From Chiloscyllium plagiosum (taxonomy: Eukaryota): a stretch of 64,000 nt of DNA. This document shows positions 51,041 to 63,883 of this stretch, piece after piece. Under the pieces are notes generated by a model. It worked only from the letters and a program-made list of their open reading frames with translations. It was not told the origin of the DNA and made no database searches. A program made the position numbers and the translations under genes. Numbering within the stretch: the first letter of the stretch is position 1; each line of letters begins with the position of its first letter. The stretch is taken from contig NC_057718.1 in NCBI RefSeq assembly GCF_004010195.1, positions 69,773,213 through 69,837,212 of the forward strand, in the 5' to 3' direction.

Positions 51041-53483
51041 TGACAAGGTCCAGCTTCTTCAGAGCCAGCTCTCAGAGTGAAACCTCTGACAGTCCTGTTT
51101 ATAATCCATATTTGTCAGCCAGAACTCCCTGATTGGGGCTAATAATCTGGTCCAATCAGGGAACTCACATTCTGAGGTCACCTGGCCTCAGGTCATCTGG
51201 GGATATATGCCTGTTCTTTCTCTTGTAGCTTCTCCTGGGGCATTTTCGCATCAGGTTGGGTTTCTCTGAGTAGGCCTCAGATACGGGCAGTGTGTACCAT
51301 ACTGTAGCCTGCTTTTTATGCCCGGACATCTTGGAAGAAATTCATCCTTGTCTCCAGATGGTAAAGATGTCGTAGCTGTGACATCCACCATGTCCATCTC
51401 AGACACTAGATAGATGCATTCTGATAGCCTTTCTGACTGTTCTGAGGGGCCAGGTATGTTTTACTCCTATCCCATTTGCAAGTTTTCAGCTTTCATGTAG
51501 TCCCCACATGCTTGTTCATGACCACCTTACCTACCTGAACTTTATATGTCATGGGACTTGACCTTGTGTCAACCTTGTCTCTTACGCAAGCAAGGCCATT
51601 TCTGTGGTTTTGGCACTAAACCTCGCTGCATGAAGTGAATTTTTGTCTCTCTTGCAAGGAATCTTCAGTATAGAATTGGCACTCCTGATGCCATTTCACC
51701 CTCCCCTCTCCAGGTTCAAGATGATTGGATTTAACATGGAGTCTTCTCCCCATTAACTTCACTGCTGGAGCTATCCCTGTAGTTGCATGAAGAGTGGGCC
51801 AAAAGTAAAATAGGAACCTGGTAAGTTGGGTATGGAGTAAGCCTGCTTTCAATGGTGGTACGGCACTTTCCACCAGACCTTTCGACGATGGATGATATGG
51901 AGCTGCCATTTGACTTTAGAAAATATTCAAAATCCCTGCTGGTAAATCATAGCCCGTTGTCTGTGACCAACACTTCCAGCAGTCTGTGTGTTGCAAAAGA
52001 TACTCACAGCTTTTCTATCATGGTCCCCATATTGACGAACAAGCTTAATGCATGTCCAGCCACTTTGAATGGGCGTCCACAATGACTAAGAACATTGAGA
52101 CCATGAAAGGGCTGGCAGAGTCGCTATGTAACCAAGTACAGGGTTTACCCAACCATTCCCACGAAATTAGAGGAACTCGATAAATTTTGTCCTTGTTGAC
52201 ACTTTGGGCACTGTGGCTATGTTTGCATCCAATCCTGGCCACCAGATATAACAACTCACCAACATCTTCATTATGGACACTGTGGATGGCCTTAATGGAG
52301 TTTAGCGAGGGACAATCATTCTTGCTCCCCATAATAAAATGTCATCTTCTACGGTGATCTGGTCTCACTGGGTCCAGAAGGGTTTCAATTCTGGTTGTGA
52401 AGGCCCTTTTGTTTCCCCCATCACCACCATCTGTTTAAGTTTTCCCGGGACTAGACCTTGTTTCATTCACAGTGCGATATTGTCAGCTGTGATCGGAAAG
52501 ATGTCCAGAAGGTTTAAAATCACTGGCGGCACCATTGATGGTGTATCTATCAGTGGAAGGTGGTCAAGGTGTAATTCCAACTTGTAATTGTAAGCACTCA
52601 GAATGAGAGCCCACTGCTGCATTCAACTTCAAGCTATGGGTAGTGCAGCCTTGTCTTCTTTGGATAGCCCTAGCTTCAGTTTGTGGCCTGTGACCATTAC
52701 AAATTTACATCCACAAAAGGTATTGGTGGAATTTTCTCAACTAAAGATGATGGCCAAAGCTTCCTTCTCGATCTGGGCATATCTGCATTCGGCATCAGCC
52801 AGAGTCTGAGGAACATATGCGAGTGTTCCTCTCCATGGGCCATTTGTGAGCCACACCACCCAAATACTGTGAAGGGAGGCATGGCATGTCGGCACCAGAT
52901 CTTGCTTGGGATCATTGTGTACTAACATCTTAGATGATGAGAGCTACTTCTTCACTTCCCTAAATTCCATGAGACCATTTCCAAGGCTGATCCTTCTTCA
53001 AAAGCAAATGTAATTGTGCCAGGATGGAGGCCAGGTTACATATGAACGTTCCATAATAATTCTCCAATCTCAGGAAAGACTTAAGCTCTAGTACAGACAT
53101 GGAAGCTGGGGCATCTTTGATTGCCCTCTCTTTCTCGTCCATTGGATTTACCCAAGTAGGTCACTTAAGGTGCCTGCAACACAGATTATTCCCTTTTTAT
53201 TCATACTCCCACCTTGGATAAACATCAAAGGGCTATGCCCAAGTTCTCTAAGTGCTCTTTATTGGTACTCCCGTTACTAACATGTCATCTAAATAGATGG
53301 CAATTGGGTGTTGACTCTATAAAATGTTCTGCATCTTCTGCTGAAACATTGCAAAGGCGAATTATATCACAAATGTCAGTTACGTACATCAGTACAATGC
53401 TTATGGGTATTAAATGTAGCATATTTCTGGAAATCCTCACCCTAACCACAACTGAAGGTATGCAATTTGTGAAGGACAGCCCT
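51041..53483 (-). mobile_element. Gypsy element: partial 3' LTR (about 51041-51196, empty site) plus decayed pol (IN, RH, RT)
   Basis: APYHPSSKGLVESAV; FLVIVDAHSKWLD; YAQIEKEALAIIF; ELKSFLRLENYYG; GACAGTCCTGTTTATA at 51088. Confidence 0.8.
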
Positions 53484-56400
53484 TAGAGTCATAGAGTCAC
53501 AGATATGTACGACACGGAAACAGACCCTTCGGTCCAACCCGTCCATGCTGACCAGATATCCCAACCCAAACCAGTCCCACCTGCCAGTACATGGCCCATA
53601 TCCCTCCAAATCCTTCCTATTCATCTTTTAAATGTTGCAATTGTACTAGCCTCTACCACTTCCTCTGGCAGCCCATTCTACACACGCACCACCCTCTGCA
53701 TGAAAGCGTTGCTTCTTAGGTCTCTTTTATATCTTTCCCCTCTCACCCTAAACCTATGCCCTATAGTTCTGGACTCTCCCACCCGATGGAAAAGACCTTG
53801 TCTATTTATCCTATCCATGCCCCTCATGATTTTATAAATCTCTGTAAGGTTACCCCTCAGCCTCCGATGCTCCAGGGAAAACAGCTCTAGCCTATTCAAC
53901 CTATCCCTATAGCTCAAATCCTCCAACCCTGGCAACATCCTTGTAAATCTTTTCTGAACCCTTTCAAGTTTCGGATAGGAAGGAGGTCAGAATTGCATGC
54001 AATACTCCAAAAGTGGCCTAACCAATGTCCTGTACAGCCGCAACATGACCTCCCAACTTCTGTATTCAATACTCTGACCAATAAAGGAAAACATACCAAA
54101 TGCCTGCTTCACTATTCTATCCACCTGTGACTCTACTTTCAAGGAGCTATGAGTTGCTCTTCAGAGGGTCATTGTGGACTTGTTGGGCCGAAGGGCCTGT
54201 TTCCACACTGTAAGTAATCTAATCTAAAAAAAAATTTCACCTCATCAGGCTTGGGCCTGAATCTTTTACTACAGTCAGTGCTAACTGAAACAGCTGCTCC
54301 TCATAGAACCCCTACAGTGTAGAAATAAGCCCTTTAGCCCAACAAGTCCATACCAACCCTCTGCAGAGTAACCCACCCAGATTCATTCCCCTATAATTAC
54401 CCCTGACAAATGCACCTAACCTACACATCCCTGAACACTATAGGCAATTTAGCATGGCCAATTCGCCTAACCTGCACATCTTTGGATTGTGGGAGGAATC
54501 CAGAGCACCTGGACGAAACCCATGCAGACACGGAGAGAATGTGCAAATGCCCCATAAACAGTCACACAAGGCAGGAATCGAATCCAGGTCCAGTGCTAAC
54601 CACTGAGCCACCATGCTGCCTGAGACCAGAACTGAAGTTGTACCTTTAATCTGTAAAGGTTCTCTGGTTTAAATCCTCAGACTAGCTGAAGTCTTGGACA
54701 AACTTAAGAATTGGAGTCCAGAATGAATTTTGATAAAGACCGGTTCTTCAACCACTGATACAGCTGCATTGGTTATCAACTTCCATTAGACTCAGGTAAC
54801 AATTTATCCAGATGTTTACTTTGGTTGGTTCTGATTTGGATGTTGCTAAGTAATGTAACTGTTCCAAGCCAGATATAGGTGGGCTTTCTAGGGTGTGCAC
54901 TCCTCTGGATACTGGCCTAAGTCCTCTTACTGAATTATGCCTAGTGGGGACCAGTATGAGGTCACATACTGACAGCAATTACAAGAGCTTGCTGGCCTGG
55001 TTCCTGAAGAAAATGTTAACCGTTTGACTGAGGTTTGGTTTTGTTTAAGGGTTTTATTTTAGGACCAAGTGTCCCTCTGTTCAAGATATGTCCTCAGTGA
55101 CGCTGTGCAGTTGCCTTCATTCAAGTGGTGTTCCCCAAGCTCAGTCAGCTTGGTGAGGGTGTCCACTTCCATCAGCATACCCTGAAACTCATAGCGTCAT
55201 AGAGTCCTACAGCATGGAGACAGGCCCTTTGGCCCAAACTTGTCCAAGTCAACCAAAATGTTCAACTATGCTAACCCCATTTTACTGCACTTGGCCCATA
55301 TTTTTCTAAATCTTGCCTATCCATATATTTGTCCAAATGCCTTTTAAACGTTGTCAATGTACCCCCCTCAACCACTTCTGTCGGCAGCTCATTCCTCTGT
55401 GTAAAAACGTTGCCTATCAGATTCTTTTTATTCTTCTAGGAGAAAATGAGGACTGCAGATGCTGGAGATCAGAGCTGAAAATGTGTTGCTGGAAAAGCGA
55501 TGTTTCGGGCATGAGCCTTTCTTCAGGAATGAGTATAGTCATTCCTGAAGAAGGGCTCATGCCTGAAACGTCAATTCTCCTGCTCCTTGGATGCTGCCTG
55601 ACCTGCTGCGCTTTTCCAGCAACACATTTTCAGCTCATTTTATTCTTTCCCCTCTAACCTTAAACTGATGCCCTCTAGTCCTTGATTCCCCAACCCTGGA
55701 AAAAAGATTGAGTGCATTCACTTTATCCATGCCTCTCATGATATTATATGCTTCAAGAAGATCCCCCCTCAGGCTCCTAAGTTTTAAAGAAAAAAGTCCT
55801 GGCTTGTCTAACCTCTCCCTATAATTCAGACCTTTGAGTCCTGGCAACATCCTTGTAAATTTCTTCTGCACTCTTTCCAGTTTAATAACATCCTTCCTAT
55901 AACAAGGTGGCCAAAACGGAACACAATACTCCAAATGTGGCCTCACCAATGTCCTGTACAATTGCAACGTAACTTAACAACTTCTATACTCCATGCCCTG
56001 ACTGATGAAGGCCAGTATGCCAAAAGCCTTCTTCACTGCCCTGTCTATCTGTGGCTCTAGTTTCAGAGAATCATGCACCTGAACTCCAAGGTCCCTCTGT
56101 TCCACTATACTCCTTAAGGCCCTACCATTCACCATGAAACTCCTACCTTGATTTGATTTTCGAAAATACAAGACCTCTCACTTATTTATGTTAAACTCCA
56201 TTTTCCATTTCTCAGCCAACATCTCCAGGTGATCAAGGTCCTGCTGCAATTTCTGATAACCTTCCTCACTGTCCATGATTCCACACATTTTAGTGTTATC
56301 TGCAAGCGTACTAAGCATGCCTTGCACATTCACTTCCTCTGGCAGCCCATTCTACACACGCACCACCCTCTGCATGAAAGCGTTGCTTCTTAGGTCTCTT

Positions 56401-58580
56401 TTATATCTTTCCCCTCTCACCCTAAACCTATGCCCTATAGTTCTGGACTCTCCCACCCGATGGAAAAGACCTTGTCTATTTATCCTATCCATGCCCCTCA
56501 TGATTTTATAAATCTCTGTAAGGTTACCCCTCAGCCTCCGATGCTCCAGGGAAAACAGCTCTAGCCTATTCAACCTATCCCTATAGCTCAAATCCTCCAA
56601 CCCTGGCAACATCCTTGTAAATCTTTTCTAAACCCTTTCAAGTTTCGGATAGGAAGGAGGTCAGAATTGCATGCAATACTCCAAAAGTGGCCTAACCAAT
56701 GTCCTGTACAGCCGCAACATGACCTCCCAACTTCTGTATTCAATACTCTGACCAATAAAGGAAAACATACCAAATGCCTGCTTCACTATTCTATCCACCT
56801 GTGACTCTACTTTCAAGGAGCTATGAGTGTTCAGCAACACTCCCTTGGACCTTACCATTAAGTGTATAAATCCTGCTAAGATTTGCTTTCCCATAATGCA
56901 GCATCTTGCATTTATCTAAATTAAACTCCATCTGCCACTTCTCAGCCCATTGGCTCATTTGATCAAGATCCCGTTGTAATCCAAGGTAACCTTTTTTGCT
57001 GTCCACTACATCTCCAATTTTGGTGTCATCTGCAAACCTACTAATCCATATAAATCCTATTTGCAAGGGATTTATCCAGCTGCAAGAAGCGTTTCGCATT
57101 TGTTTAAAATTCCAATTCGGAAAACCAATTCGGCTTCACAATTGGTATGATCAGTTCTGCCCACTCCACATGTACTGATTGGATGATTCCTGTGCTTTCT
57201 GGCCTCCTGGTTCCTGCCTCTATGTTTGCCCACAATGCAAATTCTACTGGATCGGCCATGCAAAATCATGGAAATGCTGCCTGGTGAACATGCAAGGTGG
57301 CCTCCCTAGACCTTGCTAGAAAAGAATGTCCATGTATTTAATTAGAACTTCACTCAAGCAGTCATTTTCTAATGGAGAAATTCTGAGCTAATCAAGGTGA
57401 ATCTTTCTCAACCAATTTCACTTCATCAGGCTTGGGCCTGAATCTTTTACTACAGTCAGTGCTAACTGAAACAGCTGCTCCTCATAGAACCCCTACAGTG
57501 TAGAAATAAGCCCTTTAGCCCAACAAGTCCATACCAACCCTCTGCAGAGTAACCCACCCAGATTCATTCCCCTATAATTACCCCTGACAAATGCACCTAA
57601 CCTACACATCCCTGAACACTATAGGCAATTTAGCATGGCCAATTCGCCTAACCTGCACATCTTTGGATTGTGGGAGGAATCCAGAGCACCTGGACGAAAC
57701 CCATGCAGACACGGAGAGAATGTGCAAATGCCCCATAAACAGTCACACAAGGCAGGAATCGAATCCAGGTCCAGTTCAGAGAATCATGCACCTGAACTCC
57801 AAGGTCCCTCTGTTCCACTATACTCCTTAAGGCCCTACCATTCACCATGAAACTCCTACCTTGATTTGATTTTCCAAAATACAAGACCTCTCACTTATTT
57901 ATGTTAAACTCCATTTTCCATTTCTCAGCCAACATCTCCAGGTGATCAAGGTCCTGCTGCAATTTCTGATAACCTTCCTCACTGTCCATGATTCCACACA
58001 TTTTAGTGTTATCTGCAAGCGTACTAAGCATGCCTTGCACATTCTCATCCAAATCATTGATATAGATAACAAACAGAAATGGGTTGAGCACTGATCCCTG
58101 AGGCACTCCATTAGTCACAGGCCTCCAGTCTGACAAGCATCCTTCCACTATTACCCTCTGCTTCCTACAATCGAGCCAGTTGTGTATTCCATTTGCCAGC
58201 TCACTCGGATTCCATGCGATCTAAACTTACAGAGCAGCCTGTCATATGGAACCTTATCAAATGCCTTACTGAAATCCATATAGATTACATCTACCACCCT
58301 GTCCTCATCAAAAAACTGGAACAAATTTGTGAGGCATGGTCTCCCATGCACAAAGTCATGCTGATTATTCCTAATCAAACTCTGCCTTTCCAATGCATGT
58401 ATGTCATATCTCAGAATCTTCTCAAGTAATTTACCTACACAGATGTTAGGCTTACTGGTCTATAATTCCCACATTTTTGTATGCAGCCCTTCATGAATAA
58501 GAGTGCAATATTCACTACCCTCCAATCTTCCAGGACCTCACCTGTGGCTAACAATGATGCAAAAATATCAGCCAGGGCCC
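53484..58580 (-). mobile_element. Nested CR1 LINEs, HE1 SINE copies (54302-54620, 57483-57775) and Gypsy remnants containing three near-identical duplicated blocks
   Basis: 53657-54154 = 56331-56828; 54233-54594 = 57414-57775; 56062-56331 = 57775-58044; CR1 RT motifs (GVPQGSVLNPFLFVIYINDLD). Confidence 0.8.
55472..55636. repeat. Inverted pair of Penelope terminal repeats with back-to-back hammerhead motifs
   Basis: GAGCTGAAAATGTGTTGCTGGAAAAGCG and its reverse complement; TTCAGGAATGA-gtatag-TCATTCCTGAA at the centre. Confidence 0.7.
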
Positions 58581-58594
58581 CTGCAATTTCTTGT

Positions 58595-58840
58595 CTAATC
58601 TTTTGCTCCCTTTGCATTTTCTAATGACAAAGCCAGTTGTAGTGCCTGTTTGAAAGCGAGCTGGGCTTCAACTATTAGGTGCTTTTCCATGGTAATGTCA
58701 TTAATTCCATATACCAAATGGTCTCTCAGCATCTCATGAAGGGGTAAACTGAAGTCACATGCCTCTGCTATTTGTCTTAACCTCATCAAAACTCCCAACA
58801 CGAATTCCTCTATTTCTCAAACTGTCAAGAATTAGCGTCA
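58595..58840 (-). mobile_element. Gypsy gag remnant
   Basis: RLRQIAEACDF..EMLRDHLVYGIND..LAFKQALQLALSLENA. Confidence 0.72.
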
Positions 58841-59045
58841 TAAAATTCCTAAACTAAATCTGCCAACTCTTTTTGATGTTAGTTTTAGTAACTGGTGTGT
58901 CACTGAGATAGCTCCACAGAGGCTGGTATCCCATCACCAAATCACCTTTTACTTACATGAGCATAGTACAGACATTACTCCGGCTTCCTCAAAGCCAGCT
59001 GTCAGACTGAACAAAACCTCCAGTCCCTCTGACCTTCCTCTTTAC

Positions 59046-59770
59046 TTTTCTTTTTATTTCAAGCCTAACTGCGGTAGTGCTTATTTTTTTCCCCAGCACC
59101 CATGGTGTGTGTGTGTGCAGGTGTGAGACACAGTGAGCGACACAAAGTGCACGAATCTTTATTCAAATTCCACCACCAGGAAGATAGGAAAACATCCAAG
59201 TGGCCAGTGACAAGCAGTGCCCTTCACATCAAAGGGCAATGCTGTGTGATCAAACAGTGAAGGGGAGGGCAGGGACTAAATCAAAATAGAGTTGGAGGGG
59301 GAAATAATGCACACCACTCCCTGCGGCGCCCACCTCTCCCTGAACAACTCCAGGGTGTTGGTGGACACCGCGTGCTCCTTCTCCAAGGACACCCGGGCTC
59401 TAACGTAACCGCGGAAGAGGGGCAGGCAGTCGGCCCTAACGACCCCATCCACGGCCCGCTGCCTCGACCTGTTAATGGCCAGTTTGGCCAGGCCCAGGAG
59501 CAGACCCACGAGGAGGTCTTCAGACCTGCCCTCCCTCCTCCGTACCGGGTGCCCGAAGATCAGGAGCGTGGGACTGAAGTGCAACCAAAAGCAGAGGAGG
59601 AGGCTTTTAAGAAAATCCAAAAGGGAGTGCAAACGCCCACACCCAACATACACGTGGTCCACGGACTCCACAGCGCCACAGAACAAGCAGTTGGGATGGG
59701 AGTCCGTGAACCACCGCAATCTGCGGTTGCAGGGGACTGCAGCGTGCAGCACCGTCCACCCCAGATCCCC
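59046..59770 (-). mobile_element. Tx1-clade non-LTR retrotransposon 3' end (ORF2 zinc-finger C-terminus, open from the gap to the stop at 59276)
   Basis: LGWTVLHAAVPCNRRLRWFTDSHPNCLFCGAVESVDHVYVGC..GLAKLAINRSRQRAV; CxxC-H-C motif typical of L1/Tx1 ORF2; CpG-rich, suggesting a young copy. Confidence 0.85.
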
Positions 59771-60299
59771 NNNNNNNNNNNNNNNNNNNNNNNNNNNNNN
59801 NNNNNNNNNNNNNNNNNNNNNNNNNNNNNNNNNNNNNNNNNNNNNNNNNNNNNNNNNNNNNNNNNNNNNNNNNNNNNNNNNNNNNNNNNNNNNNNNNNNN
59901 NNNNNNNNNNNNNNNNNNNNNNNNNNNNNNNNNNNNNNNNNNNNNNNNNNNNNNNNNNNNNCAATACTCAGTGCCAATATTTTTGGGAATGCTGTCAAAT
60001 AAGAATTAAATCAATTGAATGTGACAATTTCCCAAGGCATTGCTTAATTAAAGCAATGGTGATTCCAAATATCCTGGGCAATATTCAGCCCTCAATGAAC
60101 ACAGCACAGATTAACAGGTAGAAAATTATGCAAAATGACTTCTCCATTTCAACTCTCCATGGTTCATGTCAACAAACAGTATGGGACCAAACAAAAATCC
60201 AGTTACACATTGCGGTAAAAGCATTTTAAAAATTCTTTTTAAAATGGCCTAGCAAAAAGCTATCCCTCAAGCAAAATCATTGGAAAAAATACAGTTATT

Positions 60300-60460
60300 T
60301 TCTCAGTGCTGTCTGTGGGATCTTGCTCTGTACAAATTGGCTGCCACATCTCCCTGAAGGATGACACTGACTATACTTAATTGTGTTTCATTGGCTGTGA
60401 AGTGCTTTCAAATTGACTTAAGGTCATAAATATGTCACAGAAATGCAAGCCTTTCTTTTT
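60300..60460 (+). mobile_element. Deu-domain SINE remnant (SacSINE1/AmnSINE1-like)
   Basis: GCTGTCTGTGGGATCTTGCTCTGTACAAATTGGCTGCC..TTCATTGGCTGTGAAGTGCTTT..AAATGCAAG matches the recalled DeuSINE consensus. Confidence 0.6.
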
Positions 60461-60629
60461 AAATCTGAGGGTTTTTTTTTCTCTAACCAGCGAGCGGTGG
60501 GAGATGGGGAATAAAACTGGTCTCCATCAGAAAGGCAAAAACCTACTGTGGGTCAGCCAGCAATTGGTTTTAACATGACATGCCATTTTATCTCTTTACT
60601 AAAGAAGTAGCCACAATACTTGATGCTCT

Positions 60630-60856
60630 TTTATATTTTATTAAACAAATTACAAACAAATAGTTTACAAAAAACATTTACAGCTGTACATAAGAGACAG
60701 CAATGTTACAAGGGAGAGGAGCAGCAAAGCTAGGCCCCAAACCCTACCATTCAACCATTTTACAGGGAGATGAGGACAAACCTCAAATCCCAGTTCCACT
60801 TATGGCAAGACAGTGACAATAACATTTGTACATTAGACAATACTGTTACATACAAA
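60630..60856 (-). mobile_element. Family B 3'-end copy
   Basis: Colinear with about 3755-3977; abuts the TSD at 60857. Confidence 0.7.
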
Positions 60857-63369
60857 GACCTTCCTCTTTACATCTGTCAACTAGACCTCCTTGATTGGAC
60901 CAGGTTAACAGCTCCCAATCAGGGAACTCATTTTCTACAATGACCACCTGGCTAACCTTGTTACAATCACTGCACTCACAAATCTATCAAAAAGTGCTAG
61001 ATAAAGTGAGTAGGGCATGGTACTTAACTGTGTGAATAGATGCATTGAATAAAAACAATAAGATAATAAATAAGCCAGTTAGCCTGCTCTGCCACACAAT
61101 TATATCATAGCTGATTTTGATCATGAACTTGTAACCACCTTTCCCCATAACCTAAGATTCTCCTATAGGATTAAACACTGCATAGCGCAACCTTGAATAT
61201 AGTCAATGATCCAACACAGACTGATCTCTAAGGGAAAGAATTCAAAAGATAATTAACCCTCAGAAAAAACACTTCTTCTCATTGTTATGATTCAATTAGG
61301 GATCAGTAACACCCAGGAACATCATCAGCAGAACTGAGCCATGTTTTCCATAAAAATATGAATCAATGCCAAAGGTGCTCCACGCATCTCCCTGGTGACA
61401 TGGAATATTCTGGGAAATCCCCAAACAGACCTTTTGGTGAAGTATGTCTTATTAAAATTCCATTGATCTTAACAAATAAATGGATTTATAATGAATGTAC
61501 ATTGACTGGTTCCAACTCCAATAAAAAAAACTCTCTGGATTGCTTTTATTGTAGTGGTCTTGTCTCCATCAAAAACCCACAATGAGGCCAGGCATGGTTT
61601 AAGTTTCTCCACTTGTTTTGTGTCTCCAGTACTCTGATTTTTTTAAGTCAATATGGTCCAGCCTTACTATAAGCATGACAATATTTCAGTATTCATAAAC
61701 TCAGGCTAATTTGAGTTGCATTCACGGCAGATGTTTGAGTATTTAAAATCAAGGTATCCCAGTTATCCACAGTTATATATCAATCGCTAAAACCTCAATT
61801 TATATCCTAAGGCATATAAATTATGAACTAAGTTTTGACACATTCCCCAAGAAAAAAATGAATATGCATCAACCTTGTAATGAGTTTTAATTTCCTCCAG
61901 TTAAAATATTACAACATGTTATATGACTGAACAACTATCCTATCCAATAACCATCTCTCTATTGTCCAATTAAATTCACAAGTCCATCTTAGAAGTACTG
62001 GATCACTGAATCATTGCCCATTAATCACAGTTCCATTTAAAATGTGCAATATTGCTTTATGCAATGTTTTCTCAAAGTTTTCATCTGAGAATGATTAGAT
62101 TCCACAGCTCTATCTGAAAGAGGAGATGCCTTACTGTGAGTTTTCAAGTTCAATCTTTAAAACAGTCTGTTCAGATTTCAGTTTTATTTACTTGACCTAT
62201 CTAAAACTCTTTCCAGATTGTCTGTGTCCTCCTCATATTTTGGTTTCCTTTACATTCGGTCCTTTCATCCAAATAATTAACACAGATTATTAATAATTGA
62301 GGCCCCAGGAATGTTCTCATCTCACTTGTGACAGTTTGTCAAATAAAAAAATGATATTTATTGATTCTTATTTTCTATTTGATAGCCAAATCTCTAGTGA
62401 TAAGAATATATTTTTTCCTAATACCAAATCTCAAAGAGAACAACATTGTATGCTGCATGAAAAAGGGCTTGGCAAGTAGATTCTGATTTGTCAAGGCATT
62501 GTCTTGGAGAATGCACTAGGGAACAGTTATCCACAAACTTTATTTAATTTCAAAAAAAGGCAGGTTCACGCTGAATAGTTGAGGCATTGCCAAGTGAATG
62601 CAATGGTAAATATTTGTCTGACATTCTTCTGTTCAATCAAAAAAAGCACATGTTACAAAGGACATGGCCCTATATATGAATGCATATAGATAGCATCTAG
62701 CCAGCCCATATGAATCACATTGTGAGCCAAGTTAATAACATTAAAATGATTGTTTGTGTTGTGGGAGTTTAGTTTTCAGTCAGTTATACTTTTCACTTTC
62801 AAGTGGTTCAAATAGCTCCCAACCCTTGGTTCTGGACTCTGGACTTATTAATCAGAATATAATAAAAAGGCAGCAAACAGATATCTGAGGGCAAAATGAT
62901 CTCTGCATTTATTTATGTACATAAAAGTAACACAACAATATATCACAGCTATTCACTATTATAGAAGGTGCATTATCATTTATAAATACACTACTAATTA
63001 GAGTTACTATATTAGAATCACAATACACTGATAATACCCACCTCCCACTAGTAACTAAGTTGGAACTCTTGGGTCTCAGGACTATGCTCACCACTTCAAA
63101 TGTGGTTTTGGAGTTCGCTTGATGAAGTTGCTCTGGCTTGCCATCCCCTGGGCATGGAAGAGGATTTTGAGGAGCACAACGATTCAGCCTGGGTTGAGTC
63201 GACTGATGCAGTTGGGTGTGTTTTGGATCTCTCGGATATGTACTTGGTTTTTCTATACTTTGCTGGTTAGTCCGGTTCAGTCTTCACATCAGTTTGTGTC
63301 TGAGGACTTGCAGTGTTGGTCACCTTAGTCAGTGCTTCAAATTTTGTCAGCCTTGGTTCTGGTTGTCAT

Positions 63370-63566
63370 GATTTGGAGATGCCAGCATTGGACTGGGGTG
63401 TACAAAGTTAAAAATCACACAATACCAGGTTATAGTCCAACAGGTTTATTTGGAAGCACTAGCTTTCGGAGCCCTGCTCCTTCATCAGGTGTATAAGCTT
63501 CACAACAAAAGCTAGTACTTCCAAATAAACCTGTTGGACTATAATCTGGTGTGCGATTTTTAACTT
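63370..63566. repeat. Penelope terminal-repeat palindrome (arms of about 60 bp, 63404-63566)
   Basis: AAGTTAAAAATCACAC..TTGGAAGCACTAGCTTT versus AAAGCTAGTACTTCCAA..GATTTTTAACTT. Confidence 0.72.
63457..63491 (-). ncRNA. Minimal hammerhead ribozyme motif (best-preserved copy)
   Basis: CAC CUGAUGA A GGAGC-AGG-GCUCC GAAA GC UA GUG: stem I CAC/GUG, stem II, palindromic AGCU. Confidence 0.68.
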
Positions 63567-63883
63567 GGTTCCAGTTAGTGTAGTCAGTCATGATGGTTGT
63601 TGAGATTTGCTGTCGGGTTTTCTGTCTCCCGATTTAGAAGCTCTCAGTTCAGACACCTCTCGATATGAGATTGGGACCTGTGGTTACGCTAATTGCAGGG
63701 CTTCCAAATCTCTGCCCAAAATCTCTTAGCCCTGTTGTCTTGTCAATGTTCTCTTGGAGTGCTTGATTGCTTTAATTGAATTTCCAATGTTTAAGCAAAT
63801 GACTTTGACTGATGTTGGTTGCTGGTGATTGTCACAGTAACCCTCTTGTCTTCATACTGTCTGCATAAATCTGTTTCTTCGAT

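Larger units (their letters stand above)
58904..60974 (-). mobile_element. Gypsy 5' LTR split at the equivalent target position (halves 58904-59045 and 60857-60974)
   Basis: 15-bp direct repeat GACCTTCCTCTTTAC at 59031-59045 and 60857-60871; halves align with 17501-17736. Confidence 0.82.

Noticed and set aside
59372..60121. Plus-strand ORFs of 175-249 aa
   Set aside because: Antisense to Tx1 ORF2 and extended by the N gap.
61000..63050. AT-rich unique region as a possible gene or regulatory element
   Set aside because: No recognisable ORF, splice pattern or motif supportable from sequence alone.
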